From the NCBI GenBank assembly GCA_027053355.1, contig JALUDX010000059.1:1-51903 (forward strand): DNA of 51,903 nucleotides, read 5' to 3'. This DNA is from Anaerolineales bacterium (GTDB lineage: Bacteria; Chloroflexota; Anaerolineae; Anaerolineales; DRMV01). The notes under the pieces were generated by a model, which worked only from the letters and a program-made list of their open reading frames with translations, searched no databases and was not told the DNA's origin. The translations under genes were made by a program, and so were the position numbers. Each line of letters begins with the position of its first letter. Position 1 is the first letter of the stretch. Positions 27,956 through 38,113 of this stretch are shown here, piece after piece.

Positions 27956-28624
27956 ATGCCCCTCGAACAGACCATCACCGTGCTGTTGGTGGACGACCAC
28001 GCCGTGGTGCGCCAGGGGGTGCGCGCCTTTCTGGAGACCCAACCCGACATCCACATCGTGGCCGAGGCCGAAAGCGGCGAACGCGCGGTGCGAGAGGCCA
28101 TCCGTTACGCCCCAGATGTGGTGTTGATGGACCTGGTGATGCCCGGAATGGATGGCGTGGCGGCCACGCGCGAGGTCAAACGGGTCAGCCCCCGCAGCCA
28201 GGTGATTGTGCTGACCTCTTACCACGACGACGAGCACATCTTCCCGGCCATTCGGGCGGGCGCGCTCTCGTACCTGCTGAAAGACGTGGCCCCCGAAGAA
28301 CTGGCCCAGGCCGTGCGCATGGCGGCCCGCGGGGAAGCCATGCTGCACCCGCGGGTGGCCGCGCGCCTGATGGCCGAACTGCAAGCCGCGCGGCACGGCC
28401 CCGAACCCCCGTCCGCATTCGCCGACCTGACCGAGCGCGAGTTGGAAGTGCTGCGCCTGATTGCCGAAGGGCTGAGCAACGCGGCCATCGCCGAGCGGCT
28501 GGTCATCGGCGAGCGCACGGTCAAAAGCCACGTCAGCAACATTTTGAGCAAACTGCACCTGGCCGACCGCACCCAAGCCGCGGTGTATGCCTGGCGGCAA
28601 GGGCTGATGAAAGATACCCCCTGA
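27956..28624 (+). CDS. NarL/LuxR-family response regulator
   Basis: VLLVDDH.VVRQG, PDVVLMDL.MP.MDG, LTERELEVL.LIA.GLSN..IA..L.I...TVK.HVSNIL.KL. Confidence 0.95.
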   Translation: MPLEQTITVLLVDDHAVVRQGVRAFLETQPDIHIVAEAESGERAVREAIRYAPDVVLMDLVMPGMDGVAATREVKRVSPRSQVIVLTSYHDDEHIFPAIRAGALSYLLKDVAPEELAQAVRMAARGEAMLHPRVAARLMAELQAARHGPEPPSAFADLTERELEVLRLIAEGLSNAAIAERLVIGERTVKSHVSNILSKLHLADRTQAAVYAWRQGLMKDTP

Positions 28625-28627
28625 AGG

Positions 28628-29584
28628 TCACCCCCCGCGACGCCGCGCGGGGCGCGTAAACTTGACCTCGCCCCGCCGAATTTGGAAATAGTCGAAATCC
28701 CGCGCGACCACGGTTTTAGGGAAGACCGCGCGCGCCTCCTGCAGCACGTCTTGTTCCCGATAACGCCGTGAAAGGTGGGTGAGGATCAACTGGCCTACCC
28801 CGGCCTCGGCGGCCAAAGTAGCCGCCTGGCGGGCGGTCAGGTGTGCGAACTGGCGGGCCAGGTCGGCTTCCTCTTCCAGATAAGTGGCTTCCACGACCAG
28901 CGCATCCGCACCGCGGCACACGTCCACCAACTCGGCCGTGCGCCCCACGTCGCCGATGTGCACATACCGCACCCCGCGCCGCGGGGGGCCTAACACGTCG
29001 TCGGGACGAATCACCCGCCCATCGGGCAGGGTGACCGTTTGCCCGGCCACCAACTCGCGACGCCACGGCCCTGCAGGCACCCCCAAGGCTTCAGCCTTTT
29101 CGGGCAAAAAAGGGCGGCGGCTTTTTTCTTCGAACACATAACCGTAACAGTCTGGGCCCCGATGCCACACCGGGAAGGCCTGCACCGTGAAATCTTCGGC
29201 CTCGAAGAGCACCCCTGGCTTCACCTCCCGCAGCACCAAATCCATCGCCGGGCGGTGGTCGCCCAACACCACATCGAACAGCAGGGTGCGGATGCGCGCC
29301 AAAGCCCACGCACCGGCATAAATTTCCAGGCGTTCGATGGCCTCCCAACGCATGAAGGTGGAAAGCAGCCCGGCCAGCCCCAAAATGTGGTCTAAATGGC
29401 CGTGGGTGATCAACACGCGGTTCAGGCGCTTGAAGCCCACCCCGGCGCGCAAAATTTGCCGTTGAGTACCCTCGCCGCAGTCCAGCAAAAATCGGTGTTC
29501 GTTGTGTTGGATGACGTGGGCCGAAAGCCCACGTTGCACCGACGGGGCAGAGGCCGAAGTTCCCAAAAAAGTAAGTTCGAACAT
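28628..29584 (-). CDS. rnz: Ribonuclease Z
   Basis: FLGTSAS.P...R, DCGEGTQ, THGHLDH, flexible-arm G..GP, EAT, HLT, THLSRRY. Confidence 0.92.
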   Translation of the reverse strand: MFELTFLGTSASAPSVQRGLSAHVIQHNEHRFLLDCGEGTQRQILRAGVGFKRLNRVLITHGHLDHILGLAGLLSTFMRWEAIERLEIYAGAWALARIRTLLFDVVLGDHRPAMDLVLREVKPGVLFEAEDFTVQAFPVWHRGPDCYGYVFEEKSRRPFLPEKAEALGVPAGPWRRELVAGQTVTLPDGRVIRPDDVLGPPRRGVRYVHIGDVGRTAELVDVCRGADALVVEATYLEEEADLARQFAHLTARQAATLAAEAGVGQLILTHLSRRYREQDVLQEARAVFPKTVVARDFDYFQIRRGEVKFTRPARRRGG

Positions 29585-29594
29585 GGTGTGCTCC

Positions 29595-30605
29595 TCAAGC
29601 GCGGGGCGCGTCGGCTTCGATTTGCTCGATTTCAGCCGGTTTGACGCCTTCTCGCGCCAGGTAGTAAGCCCCCAGCAGGGTGATGGGCAACCAAAGCGCG
29701 ACGTGCAACACAAGGGTGTAACCCGCGGCCAGGCTCTTTTCGACCCCATAGGCGGTAAGCACAGCAATGCCGGGGGTGTCGAACGTGCCCACGTAGCCGG
29801 GCGCGGAGGGTAGGGTGGTGGCCAGGTTGACCACGCCGTTCATCAGCATGAGGGCAAAAAAACTCACCCGGAAGGGGAAGGCGTGCATCACGAACCAGTA
29901 CTTGCCGGTTTCCAGCAGCCAGATGAGCACCGAGGTGAGGAAGATCATCAGCGCCTCGCGCGGGGAACGCAGCGCCTCCAACCCGGTGAGGAATTTGAGC
30001 CCCACGGCCAGCACGGGGTCGCGAAAGCGTTGCGGCAGCAGACCGACGCTTTTCCGCAGCACTTTTTCAGCCCGCTGGGGGAACATGGCCGCCAGCAGGA
30101 ACACGGCCAGCGCGCCCACAAAGGCCACCGCGCCGCCAATGGCCAAATGCTGAATGCTGCCCACAAAGCCGGAATGCGCGGTCAGGCGGGTGAGTTCGGG
30201 CAAATTGAGGAAGACAAAAGCCAGCATCACCACGCCGTCGTAAATGCGCTCGATGAGGATGGTGCTCAGCGAAGCCGAAACCGGCACGCCCTCGTGGCGT
30301 TTGAGCAGCACCGCGCGCAGCAACTCACCGGCGCGGGCGGGGTAGATGTTGTTGCCCATGTAGCCGATGGCCACCAGCCGAAACATCCGCGGCACGGGCA
30401 CGACCTTGAGGGGGCGGATGAGGTAGTGCCAGCGCCAGGCGCGCACCCCCACCCCCACGAAGTACACCGCGATGCCCGGCACCAGCCACCAGTAATTCGC
30501 GTGGCGCAGCGCCTGCCAAAACTCGGGCAAATGCAACCCTTGCAGCGCCAGATAAAGGAAAACCGTGCTGATGGCAATGCCCAGCAGGAAATGCCATCGT
30601 TTCAT
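29595..30605 (-). CDS. Lysylphosphatidylglycerol synthase TM / flippase-like (UPF0104) membrane protein
   Basis: [33 protein letters not shown]. Confidence 0.85.
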   Translation of the reverse strand: MKRWHFLLGIAISTVFLYLALQGLHLPEFWQALRHANYWWLVPGIAVYFVGVGVRAWRWHYLIRPLKVVPVPRMFRLVAIGYMGNNIYPARAGELLRAVLLKRHEGVPVSASLSTILIERIYDGVVMLAFVFLNLPELTRLTAHSGFVGSIQHLAIGGAVAFVGALAVFLLAAMFPQRAEKVLRKSVGLLPQRFRDPVLAVGLKFLTGLEALRSPREALMIFLTSVLIWLLETGKYWFVMHAFPFRVSFFALMLMNGVVNLATTLPSAPGYVGTFDTPGIAVLTAYGVEKSLAAGYTLVLHVALWLPITLLGAYYLAREGVKPAEIEQIEADAPRA

Positions 30606-30608
30606 GCT

Positions 30609-32996
30609 TCACCGTCCGCACTTTTGCACCTGCTCGGCCAGGCGGGGCAGGAACGCGGGGGCTAAAACCGCGCCGCCGGGCAGGCGCTCGGGGGTCAGAA
30701 CCCACTGATTATACACCGACCGAAAGGTCGCTACTTGAGCAGGCACGGGCTCGCCCGGGGTGAGCCACAGGGTTTGACGCCGGAGCACGGCTAAAGCCTC
30801 GCGAGCCTCTTGGCATTGGCCGTGGGCCAGCGCCCACAGGGCATCTAAGGCCAACCGCCGCGGCTTGGCTTCGCGGTTGGGAATAGCCAGGAGGAAACGC
30901 CGCCACCCCGCGGCCTGGGGCACGTTGCCGCGGCGGAGGGCAACGGCGGCCAGGCCGGTGAAAGCCGAGGCTTGTCCCTGGTGAGCAGCCTCCCAAAACA
31001 GCCTTTCAGCCAGGGAGAGGTCGCCGCGGTCGTAGGCTGCCCACGCGGCCTGCTCAGGCTGGCTACGCCAGGCCGCCACGGACGCGGCTTCGCTTTGCTG
31101 CGCGGCCGCTCGCGGGGGCGTGGGGGTTGCGAAGAAAACGGTGTCGACCAACGAAGGGTCGAGATGCAACGCGGTGCGATACGCCTCCGCGGCCGCGCGG
31201 TGGTGGCCCTGCTGCTCCTCCAGCCAACCCAGGTCGGCGTACAGGGGCGCCGCGTAGGGTGCGGCTTGCACGGCTTGCTGCAGGGCGCGCCGCGCGGCTT
31301 CGGGTTGGCCTTGCGCCCACAGCAGCACCCCCAGGTTCCGCCACAGGGTGGCGTGCCAGGGCTCCAGAGCCAGCCCCTGGCGGTAGGCTGCGATGGCGCG
31401 GTCTAACGCGGGGCCGCGGGCGTAAGTTTCCCCTGCCGCGGCGGCTTCCCGGGCCTGCCAGGCGTAGGCATAGGCCGCCTGAAAACGATAGACAGCCACG
31501 GTGGGCTCGTAGCGGGCGGCATCTTCGGCGGCCTGCGCGGCTACGGGCCAGCGGCCTTGCAGGCCCAGGGTGACGCTGCGCGCCGCGGCTTGGCGCGCGG
31601 GCATGAGAAACACCCCACCAGCCGTCAGCAAAGCAGCCCAAGCCACCCACCACGCCGACGCGCCCCAACGCAGGCGCCGCGCACCTTCCTCCGCCCCGGC
31701 GCGACTTTCGCCGCGCCGCACCGCAGCCAACATCAATCCGCCCACCGCGAAGAACACCAGCCAAAAGGACGGCCAACGGCCGGGCAAGGGCGCGTCTACC
31801 AGGCTGTGCACGCCCCACGCCAAAAAGACCGCCAGGCCGGTCTGGCCCTGGAGCGGCAGGCCACGCCATTGCCGCAAGGGGCGGGCCAGCGCGGCGCCCC
31901 CAAAAACCAACGCGGCCAGGCCGATCGTTCCCCCCTCGGCTGCCACTTGCAACAGCGTGTTGTGCGCGTGGCTCAACTCGGGGAAAGGCGGCGTCACCCG
32001 CCATCGATGCAGCCAGAGGGCAAAGTTTGCCGGGCCCAAGCCCAACCAGCCGTGTTGCCGCCAGGCAGCCCAGGCCGCACGCCAGAGCAGCAAGCGGGCG
32101 TTGGGTTGCCAGGCGGGGTGAAAAGTGGGAGATCCGGCCATGCGGCCGTACAACGCCCAACCTGCCAATCCCAGCAAGAACGCGCCGTAAACCGCCCATA
32201 GCCAGCAGGCAAAACAAGTCGGCCGCGGCCTCCAGCCGGTGCGCCAGGCATGATAGAGCATCCAGGCCGTGGCCGCAGTGAGGAAGGCCAGCCAACCCCC
32301 GCGCGAGACCGTCAGTACCTCGATCAGCAACAGCCCGGCCAGGTAGAACTGCCACAGCCACCGCGGCCAAGGCCGTCGGCTTTGCCAAACCCTTGCCCAG
32401 GCCAAAAAAATGGGCACCGGCAGAAAAAAAGCCAGTAGGTTGGGGTTGGGCCAGGCGGGCGTTTGCACCCGCAGCGGGGCGGGCGGCAAAATGCCACCCT
32501 GCCTCGACGCCAGCCAGGCCAGATACCAGCGGCCGGCGAGCACCAGCGCCTGCCCCAACGCGATGCCGCCGGTGAGCAGCAGGCCGTCTTCCACCCAGCG
32601 GGGCCGGTGCTCGGCCAGCGCGGTGATGCCCGCGGCCACGCCCAACGGCAGCACGTAGCCCCACAGCACCGCCCGCAGGCTGACCGGGGGGCGCTCGCCC
32701 GCGAAGGCGGCGGCCAACCCGGCCACGGGCACCACCACAGCCCAGGCCCAGGTCGCAGCATCCCAGCGGGGCCAGGTGCGCCCCTGGCCTACCACTGCCG
32801 CCAATACCCCCAACCCCAAGAGCAGGCCAAGGGCTGCGACGCGGTACGGGCTGCTGAGCGCCGTCGCCGCGCTTGGCACGGCCCACAACACCAAGGGGAA
32901 AGTCACCACCACCAACGCGTGGTACAAATGCTCGCGGTTGGTGAGCCATGCCCGCCATGAAGCGAGCCGCGGCGAGGGGGTAGCCCGTTCAGCCAT
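30609..32996 (-). CDS. O-antigen ligase (Wzy_C) family protein with C-terminal TPRs
   Basis: NPN.LA, T.SRGGW, R..LW..A......GLG..NF, HAHN..LQ..AE.G, followed by TPR-like repeats. Confidence 0.85.
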   Translation of the reverse strand: MAERATPSPRLASWRAWLTNREHLYHALVVVTFPLVLWAVPSAATALSSPYRVAALGLLLGLGVLAAVVGQGRTWPRWDAATWAWAVVVPVAGLAAAFAGERPPVSLRAVLWGYVLPLGVAAGITALAEHRPRWVEDGLLLTGGIALGQALVLAGRWYLAWLASRQGGILPPAPLRVQTPAWPNPNLLAFFLPVPIFLAWARVWQSRRPWPRWLWQFYLAGLLLIEVLTVSRGGWLAFLTAATAWMLYHAWRTGWRPRPTCFACWLWAVYGAFLLGLAGWALYGRMAGSPTFHPAWQPNARLLLWRAAWAAWRQHGWLGLGPANFALWLHRWRVTPPFPELSHAHNTLLQVAAEGGTIGLAALVFGGAALARPLRQWRGLPLQGQTGLAVFLAWGVHSLVDAPLPGRWPSFWLVFFAVGGLMLAAVRRGESRAGAEEGARRLRWGASAWWVAWAALLTAGGVFLMPARQAAARSVTLGLQGRWPVAAQAAEDAARYEPTVAVYRFQAAYAYAWQAREAAAAGETYARGPALDRAIAAYRQGLALEPWHATLWRNLGVLLWAQGQPEAARRALQQAVQAAPYAAPLYADLGWLEEQQGHHRAAAEAYRTALHLDPSLVDTVFFATPTPPRAAAQQSEAASVAAWRSQPEQAAWAAYDRGDLSLAERLFWEAAHQGQASAFTGLAAVALRRGNVPQAAGWRRFLLAIPNREAKPRRLALDALWALAHGQCQEAREALAVLRRQTLWLTPGEPVPAQVATFRSVYNQWVLTPERLPGGAVLAPAFLPRLAEQVQKCGR

Positions 32997-34131
32997 ACGA
33001 AAACACTTCGGCTTGCGCTAACGTCGCGGCCAGCAGCGCAGGAACGTCCAGCAGGCGCTCCATTTCTTCCACCCGCGCCAAATGGGCACGGGTGGCCGGT
33101 TTGCGCGCCAGCAGCGCACAGCCATCCCGATAAGGCTGTTTTGCTAGGTCGTAAAAGCCCAATTGCTCCCCCAGATCGATGATCTCTTGCTTGGGCCAGG
33201 CCAGCAAGGGGCGGAAAATGGGGAAACCCGCCAGCGCCTGGTTGACCGCGAGCAAATTCTCCATGGTCTGCGAAGCCACCTGCCCCAGGCTGTCGCCGGT
33301 GAACAGAGCGGCCGCGTGCCACTGCCGGGCAATTTCGGCTGCCGCGCGGGCCATGAAGCGCCGAAAAGTCACGACCCGATAAGGCTGAAACCGCCGCGGC
33401 AAGTCCTGCGCCTGCTGATGATACAGCCGATAAGGCAGGTAATACACCTGCAGGCCGGGGATGTAGCGCCCCAGGCGCTGGGCCAGTTGCCCCACTTTTT
33501 GCTGGTGAGCCTCTGCCGCGTGCTCGAAGACGTGGAAGTGCACCAGCCGCACCCGGGCGCCGCGCCGCGCCATCAGGTAAGTCGCGATCACCGAGTCGAT
33601 GCCGCCGGAGTACAACCCCACCAGTTTGCCGCTACTGCCCACAGGGAAGCCCTGGGGGCCCGGGTGGCGGCGGGCAAAGACAAACACCGTGCCCGGCGCG
33701 ACTTCCACGAACACCTCGACGTCGGGCGCATCCAGGTCGACCCGCATTCCCGTGGCCTGAGCCACGGCCGCGCCCACCTGACGGCCGATTTCCGGCGAAT
33801 TGTAGGGGAAGGTTTTGTCTGCCCGCCGGGCGCGAATCGCGAACGTACGGCCTGGCGCAGCCTGGCGTTGGGCTTCTTCCACCGCGGCAGCCACCATCGC
33901 CGGCATCTCAGGCGGGAGCACCCGCACTTCCGCCCACCACGCCACGCCAAACACATCGCTGAAATTTTCGGCTTGGGGGCTTTGAGCCACCAGCCGCCCC
34001 ATCAGATGCTCCACCGAGGTGACCGCGGGGTGCTGACGCCGAATGTTGCGGCGCAACTGGTTGATGAAATCCCGCCGATTTTGCCCCTTGAGACCGATTT
34101 CGCTGCTGTAATGCAACAGAAAAGTGGGCAC
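32989..34131 (-). CDS. thiI: tRNA 4-thiouridine synthase ThiI (short form, no rhodanese)
   Basis: EIGLKG.NR..F, THUMP domain, G.PVG, SGGIDS PP-loop, TGDSLGQVASQT, RPL, D.C. Confidence 0.9.
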   Translation of the reverse strand: MPTFLLHYSSEIGLKGQNRRDFINQLRRNIRRQHPAVTSVEHLMGRLVAQSPQAENFSDVFGVAWWAEVRVLPPEMPAMVAAAVEEAQRQAAPGRTFAIRARRADKTFPYNSPEIGRQVGAAVAQATGMRVDLDAPDVEVFVEVAPGTVFVFARRHPGPQGFPVGSSGKLVGLYSGGIDSVIATYLMARRGARVRLVHFHVFEHAAEAHQQKVGQLAQRLGRYIPGLQVYYLPYRLYHQQAQDLPRRFQPYRVVTFRRFMARAAAEIARQWHAAALFTGDSLGQVASQTMENLLAVNQALAGFPIFRPLLAWPKQEIIDLGEQLGFYDLAKQPYRDGCALLARKPATRAHLARVEEMERLLDVPALLAATLAQAEVFSYG

Positions 34132-34132
34132 T

Positions 34133-35110
34133 TTAGGCTCCTAAAGCGGCTAAAAGGAAATAAAACCCCGCCGCGACTAACCCGCTAATCGGGATGGTCA
34201 GCAGCCAGGCGTATACCATGTCGGAAGCGATTTGCCAGCGCACTTTGTTGATACGCTCAGCCGCACCCGACCCCATGAGCGAGGAGGTCATCACGTGGGT
34301 GGTGCTCACCGGGCCGCCCAACAACGACGCGCCCGCGATGACCAACGCGCTGCCCACTTGGGAACTAAAGCCGTGCACCGGTCGGATGCGAAATACCCGT
34401 GCCCCCAACGTTAGAATTAGCCGCCAGCCGCCCACCCCCGAGCCCAAGGCCAGCGCCGCGCCCGAAAGCACCACCACCCAAAAGGGTACCTCGAACGTTT
34501 TCAAATGCCCGCTGACCAGCAACGCTAAGGTCAACACCCCCATGCTCTTTTGTGAGTCGTTAGCGCCGTGGCTCATGGCCAAGCCGATGGCGGTGAACAA
34601 CTGGCCGCGGCGGAACACCTCTTGAATGCGTGGGGAGGTGTTACGAAAGGCAACAAAATTGAATTTGGTGATCAAATAGCCGGCCAAAAAACCCAAGAAG
34701 GGGGAAATGAATAGCGCCAGGAGCACGCTTTCCAAACCGGGTAACTTGACAACGCCCAGCCCACGGGCGACGATCGCCGCGCCCAGCAGTCCCCCCACCA
34801 GCGCGTGAGATGAAGACGAAGGGATGCCAAACCACCAGGTGATGATATCCCACACAATCGCGCCTGCCAGGGCTGCGGCTAGAATTGAGGGTGTGATGGC
34901 CTGCTCCTGGAGTAGGTCTGCGCCGATGGTCTTTGCCACGGCAGAGCCAAAGAGCAAAGGCCCTAAAAACTCGCCCACCGCTACCCAGAGCAGCGCGGTG
35001 CGAGGGCGTAGCGCCCGTGTAGAGATCAGCGGCGCGGCGATGTTAGCACTATCGTGAAACCCGTTGAGAAAACCGTACCCTAAACCTAACAATACCACAA
35101 GAATCAACAC
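34133..35110 (-). CDS. Inorganic phosphate transporter (PiT family)
   Basis: NGFHDSAN, GIPSSSSHA, SHGANDSQK, PVSTTH. Confidence 0.93.
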   Translation of the reverse strand: MLILVVLLGLGYGFLNGFHDSANIAAPLISTRALRPRTALLWVAVGEFLGPLLFGSAVAKTIGADLLQEQAITPSILAAALAGAIVWDIITWWFGIPSSSSHALVGGLLGAAIVARGLGVVKLPGLESVLLALFISPFLGFLAGYLITKFNFVAFRNTSPRIQEVFRRGQLFTAIGLAMSHGANDSQKSMGVLTLALLVSGHLKTFEVPFWVVVLSGAALALGSGVGGWRLILTLGARVFRIRPVHGFSSQVGSALVIAGASLLGGPVSTTHVMTSSLMGSGAAERINKVRWQIASDMVYAWLLTIPISGLVAAGFYFLLAALGA

Positions 35111-35155
35111 GTTGTTGCCTCCAGGGGACGGGGAAAGCAGGGGAAGTCGCAGAAG

Positions 35156-35186
35156 GGTTGTTTGGTGACTTGGTTACCTGGTTGCT
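35156..35186. repeat. 8-bp CAACCA(A/G)G array upstream of pit
   Basis: Minus strand reads GCAACCAGGTAACCAAGTCACCAAACAACC. Confidence 0.6.
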
Positions 35187-35205
35187 GTGTTACGCCTGCC
35201 GTCGG

Positions 35206-35532
35206 TCAGATGACTAACGTCGCCATATCCAGACCGAACAAGGCCACCCGGTCGCCGTCTTGCAGTTTGACGCACAGATTCCAGTTGTGGCATTCCTCAC
35301 AATACTGCTGATACCCCAAATGCTCGGCCATTTTGTTGTGGGTGGTCAGCAGTTTGCCGTTGAGGAAGATAGTGTACAGTTCGTCGATGCCGATGCCTAC
35401 CCGGTTGAGCACGCTTTCCAGGGTTTCATCAGGCTCGATGGACACCTCAATGATGCCTTTGGTGCCCACTTCTCGTTGCGGGGGGTGCATTTTGCGCAAT
35501 TTGCCGTAAAGATTCAAGGTCACCTTTGCCAT
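35206..35532 (-). CDS. ThiS/MoaD-like ubiquitin-fold protein lacking C-terminal GG
   Basis: AAGGAG RBS; V.L.LYG.LR...TL..VL..VGI......IFLNGK...L.DGDRVALF. Confidence 0.75.
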   Translation of the reverse strand: MAKVTLNLYGKLRKMHPPQREVGTKGIIEVSIEPDETLESVLNRVGIGIDELYTIFLNGKLLTTHNKMAEHLGYQQYCEECHNWNLCVKLQDGDRVALFGLDMATLVI

Positions 35533-35562
35533 CTCACAACTCCTTGCTGTCAGAGGGAACGT

Positions 35563-36057
35563 TTACCAGGCCCAGAGCCAAGCCCAGAGGGCGATCATCA
35601 CCAGCCCCAAGCCAAACCGAACCACAAAAGCCCAGCCGCAGCCCCAGAGATACCCCCGGGTAGCCTGCCAGGCCCTTTGCCAGTTTTTACGGCGCAGGTA
35701 TTCCGACGCTAAGAGCACTGCGGGAGCGGCCAGCAGCCCGCCCAAAGGGGGGAAGAAGTACGTGCCTGCCACCCCGCCCACCAACGCAGCCGCAATGCTC
35801 CACCACGACGCGCCGCCCTCGCGAGCACCGCGCGCCATCAACACATTGTCCACCGTCACGCCGGCCACCATGAGCACGGTCAACGCCACGAATACCCACG
35901 TGCCCGTGGGGCCAAAGCCGGCCACCAAGCCGTACCCCAACGCGGCTAGCCAGATCACCATGATGCCAGGGAAGATGGGCACCACCAGCCCGACCAGCCC
36001 TACCAACATTACGGCCAAGGTGGCCAAGCGCAGCGAAAGCCCCAACCACTGGTTCAT
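35563..36057 (-). CDS. DUF456 (YqgC-like) membrane protein
   Basis: GL.G.VVP.FPG, GAR..GAS, PP.G, hydrophobic. Confidence 0.8.
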   Translation of the reverse strand: MNQWLGLSLRLATLAVMLVGLVGLVVPIFPGIMVIWLAALGYGLVAGFGPTGTWVFVALTVLMVAGVTVDNVLMARGAREGGASWWSIAAALVGGVAGTYFFPPLGGLLAAPAVLLASEYLRRKNWQRAWQATRGYLWGCGWAFVVRFGLGLVMIALWAWLWAW

Positions 36058-36857
36058 GGTGTAGTCTCCTTCAGTAGGCGTTCCAGGTCGTCCAGATCTA
36101 CCCGCGAGGTGAGATCCAGGCTCAGGGGGGTGACTGAAACTATCTTGGCCACCCGCACCGCGTAGACATCGCTGTGGGGGTCGAACGTTTCAGGTGGGTC
36201 GCCAGGAGCGTAGCCCATCGTGCCGGGCTGTCGCCAATCGGTGCGGGATGGTCTGGTGGGTCGATAATAACGCTTGCGTGCCAGGCGGGTGATGTGCCAG
36301 GCCGTCTCGGGGGTCGCCCGCCAAGGGACGTCGATTTTCAGCACGTACACATCCTCGGGCAACGGGGTGCGGAGCACTTTTTCGGCAAAAAGGCGGGTAA
36401 AGTGCGCGGCTGCCGAAAAATCGACCTCGCGGGAATACGAAAGGTGATAATCTTTGGGCGTTTCCAACGACACGGCCAGCGCGGGGAAGCCCAAGGCCGC
36501 GCCTTCCAAGGCCGCGCCTACCGTACCGGAAATGGTCACCCCGGTGGCCAAATTTTCGCCGTAATTGATGCCCGCGACGACCAGATCGGGCGGCTGCGAC
36601 ATCACTTCCAACACGCCGTGCTGCACGGCCTGCGCGGGCGTGCCGCCCACCGCGTAGACCTTCCACGGCTTGCCGTGAACCACGAGAGTCTCTTCGGTGA
36701 TCACCCCGTCAGAGGCCGGGGGAAGGCTGCGCCCCGCGCCGGAAGATTGTTCCCGCGGCGCGACCACAGTTACCCAACCCAGGGGGGAAAGGGCTTCCGC
36801 CGCGGCCCACAAGCCGGGGGAGCGGATGCCGTCGTCATTGGTCAGCAGAATGTGCAT
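36054..36857 (-). CDS. surE: 5'/3'-nucleotidase SurE
   Basis: ILLTNDDGI.SPGL, VAP..QSS, GTP, GINYGEN, SGTVGAA.EG, SVTPL. Confidence 0.93.
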   Translation of the reverse strand: MHILLTNDDGIRSPGLWAAAEALSPLGWVTVVAPREQSSGAGRSLPPASDGVITEETLVVHGKPWKVYAVGGTPAQAVQHGVLEVMSQPPDLVVAGINYGENLATGVTISGTVGAALEGAALGFPALAVSLETPKDYHLSYSREVDFSAAAHFTRLFAEKVLRTPLPEDVYVLKIDVPWRATPETAWHITRLARKRYYRPTRPSRTDWRQPGTMGYAPGDPPETFDPHSDVYAVRVAKIVSVTPLSLDLTSRVDLDDLERLLKETTP

Positions 36858-37974
36858 GGGACTTCCTTCGAGCCGTGATAGCGTTGGCGACGAAAGCCAG
36901 AAAATGGGCAAAGCCCCAAATCATTGCCATGGGCAGGCGGTGGGGTGCGAGGCGGTACCCCAACCAGGCCACAGCCCAGCGAAGGAGCAAGTAACGCCCT
37001 AAGGAGGAAAGCAACACCCGCCGCCGATAGTCGCGCAGGCGAAAATCGCGGCGGCGAAAGGCGGCGGCAATCGTTTGGGCTGCGACCTCGCCGTAAGCCA
37101 AGGCCGGGCCGATGCCCTCACCAAAGAGGGGGTCGGCACCCGCGGCGTCGCCGACCAGCAGCAGGCCGGGGCGAGCCAGCCGCTGAAAGGGGCTAAACAG
37201 GTGAATGGGGTGCCCCTGGGGCTTTTGGCTGTGGGGGAAGGCCGCGTGCAGCAGCGAGGGCAGGGGCGCCTTGGCCGCGCGGCGGGCGACACGGGCGTCG
37301 TACACGCCCTGGTTGCAAGCCGTGCTGCGGCCGTCATATAGCGGGAAGGTCCACAAATACCCCTGCAGGTGTTGCCGCACGGGGGTAAAGTCGAAAAAAG
37401 CGACGCGCTCGCGCACCAACCGGCCATCGGAAGGGGTGATGCTTTCTAGCACGCGGGCGGTGGCGTGATGACGGCGGGAAATCACCCAATTGCGCAGCGT
37501 GCCGCGTGAGCCGTCGGCGGCGACCACGACCTTGGCCTGATAGCGGCCGCGCGGGGTTTGTGCTTGCCAGCCTCCGGCCGCAGGGCTTAGCCGCAAGAGG
37601 GGCTCTTCTTCGTGCAGGCGCACCCCGCGCCGGCGGGCCTGTTCCGCCAAATACGCGTCGAACGCAGGCCGAGCGAACACGGTAAACACCCGGTTGGGGT
37701 TGGTAAGGGTGACGGTGTCGCCCTGGTAGGTAAAGTGCGTGGTGGGCACCGGTGTTTGGGGCAGCGGCAGGGGCCAGGGCAAGTTCAGGCGGCCCAACGC
37801 GCGGCGGGCAAAGCCGCTGATGCCGCCGCCGCAGAGTTTGGGCCGCGGGTGACGGGCTTTTTCCAGCACCACCACGCGTTCGGCCGCAAAACCGTGGTCG
37901 CCGACCAGGTGCATTGCGGTGCTCAGCCCCGCGGGCCCGCTGCCCACGATAAGCACGTCCACCTCAAGGGTCAT
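36835..37974 (-). CDS. FAD-dependent oxidoreductase, geranylgeranyl reductase family
   Basis: DVLIVGSGPAG, EK..HPR.KLCGG, R..FD..L, AADG, GY.W.FP, LLVGDAAG.DP..GEGI. Confidence 0.85.
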   Translation of the reverse strand: MTLEVDVLIVGSGPAGLSTAMHLVGDHGFAAERVVVLEKARHPRPKLCGGGISGFARRALGRLNLPWPLPLPQTPVPTTHFTYQGDTVTLTNPNRVFTVFARPAFDAYLAEQARRRGVRLHEEEPLLRLSPAAGGWQAQTPRGRYQAKVVVAADGSRGTLRNWVISRRHHATARVLESITPSDGRLVRERVAFFDFTPVRQHLQGYLWTFPLYDGRSTACNQGVYDARVARRAAKAPLPSLLHAAFPHSQKPQGHPIHLFSPFQRLARPGLLLVGDAAGADPLFGEGIGPALAYGEVAAQTIAAAFRRRDFRLRDYRRRVLLSSLGRYLLLRWAVAWLGYRLAPHRLPMAMIWGFAHFLAFVANAITARRKSHAHSADQ

Positions 37975-37987
37975 CGCGGCCTTCCAT

Positions 37988-38019
37988 AAACGAACAGGAG
38001 CGGCGGGAAGCCGCTCCTG
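37988..38019 (-). terminator. Hairpin terminator after tRNA cluster
   Basis: CAGGAGCGGC-ttccc-GCCGCTCCTG followed by TTCGTTT on the minus strand. Confidence 0.6.
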
Positions 38020-38028
38020 CAAGAAGTG

Positions 38029-38101
38029 CGCCCTCGGCGTGATTCGAACACGCGACCCCTTGCTCCGCAAGCAAGTGCTCTCTCCACTGAGCTACGAGGG
38101 C
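38029..38101 (-). tRNA. tRNA-Arg(GCG)
   Basis: GCCCTCG acceptor; anticodon arm CTTGC-TTGCGGA-GCAAG; GTTCGAATC T-loop; CCA not encoded. Confidence 0.9.
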
Positions 38102-38113
38102 GTAAGGCACAGG

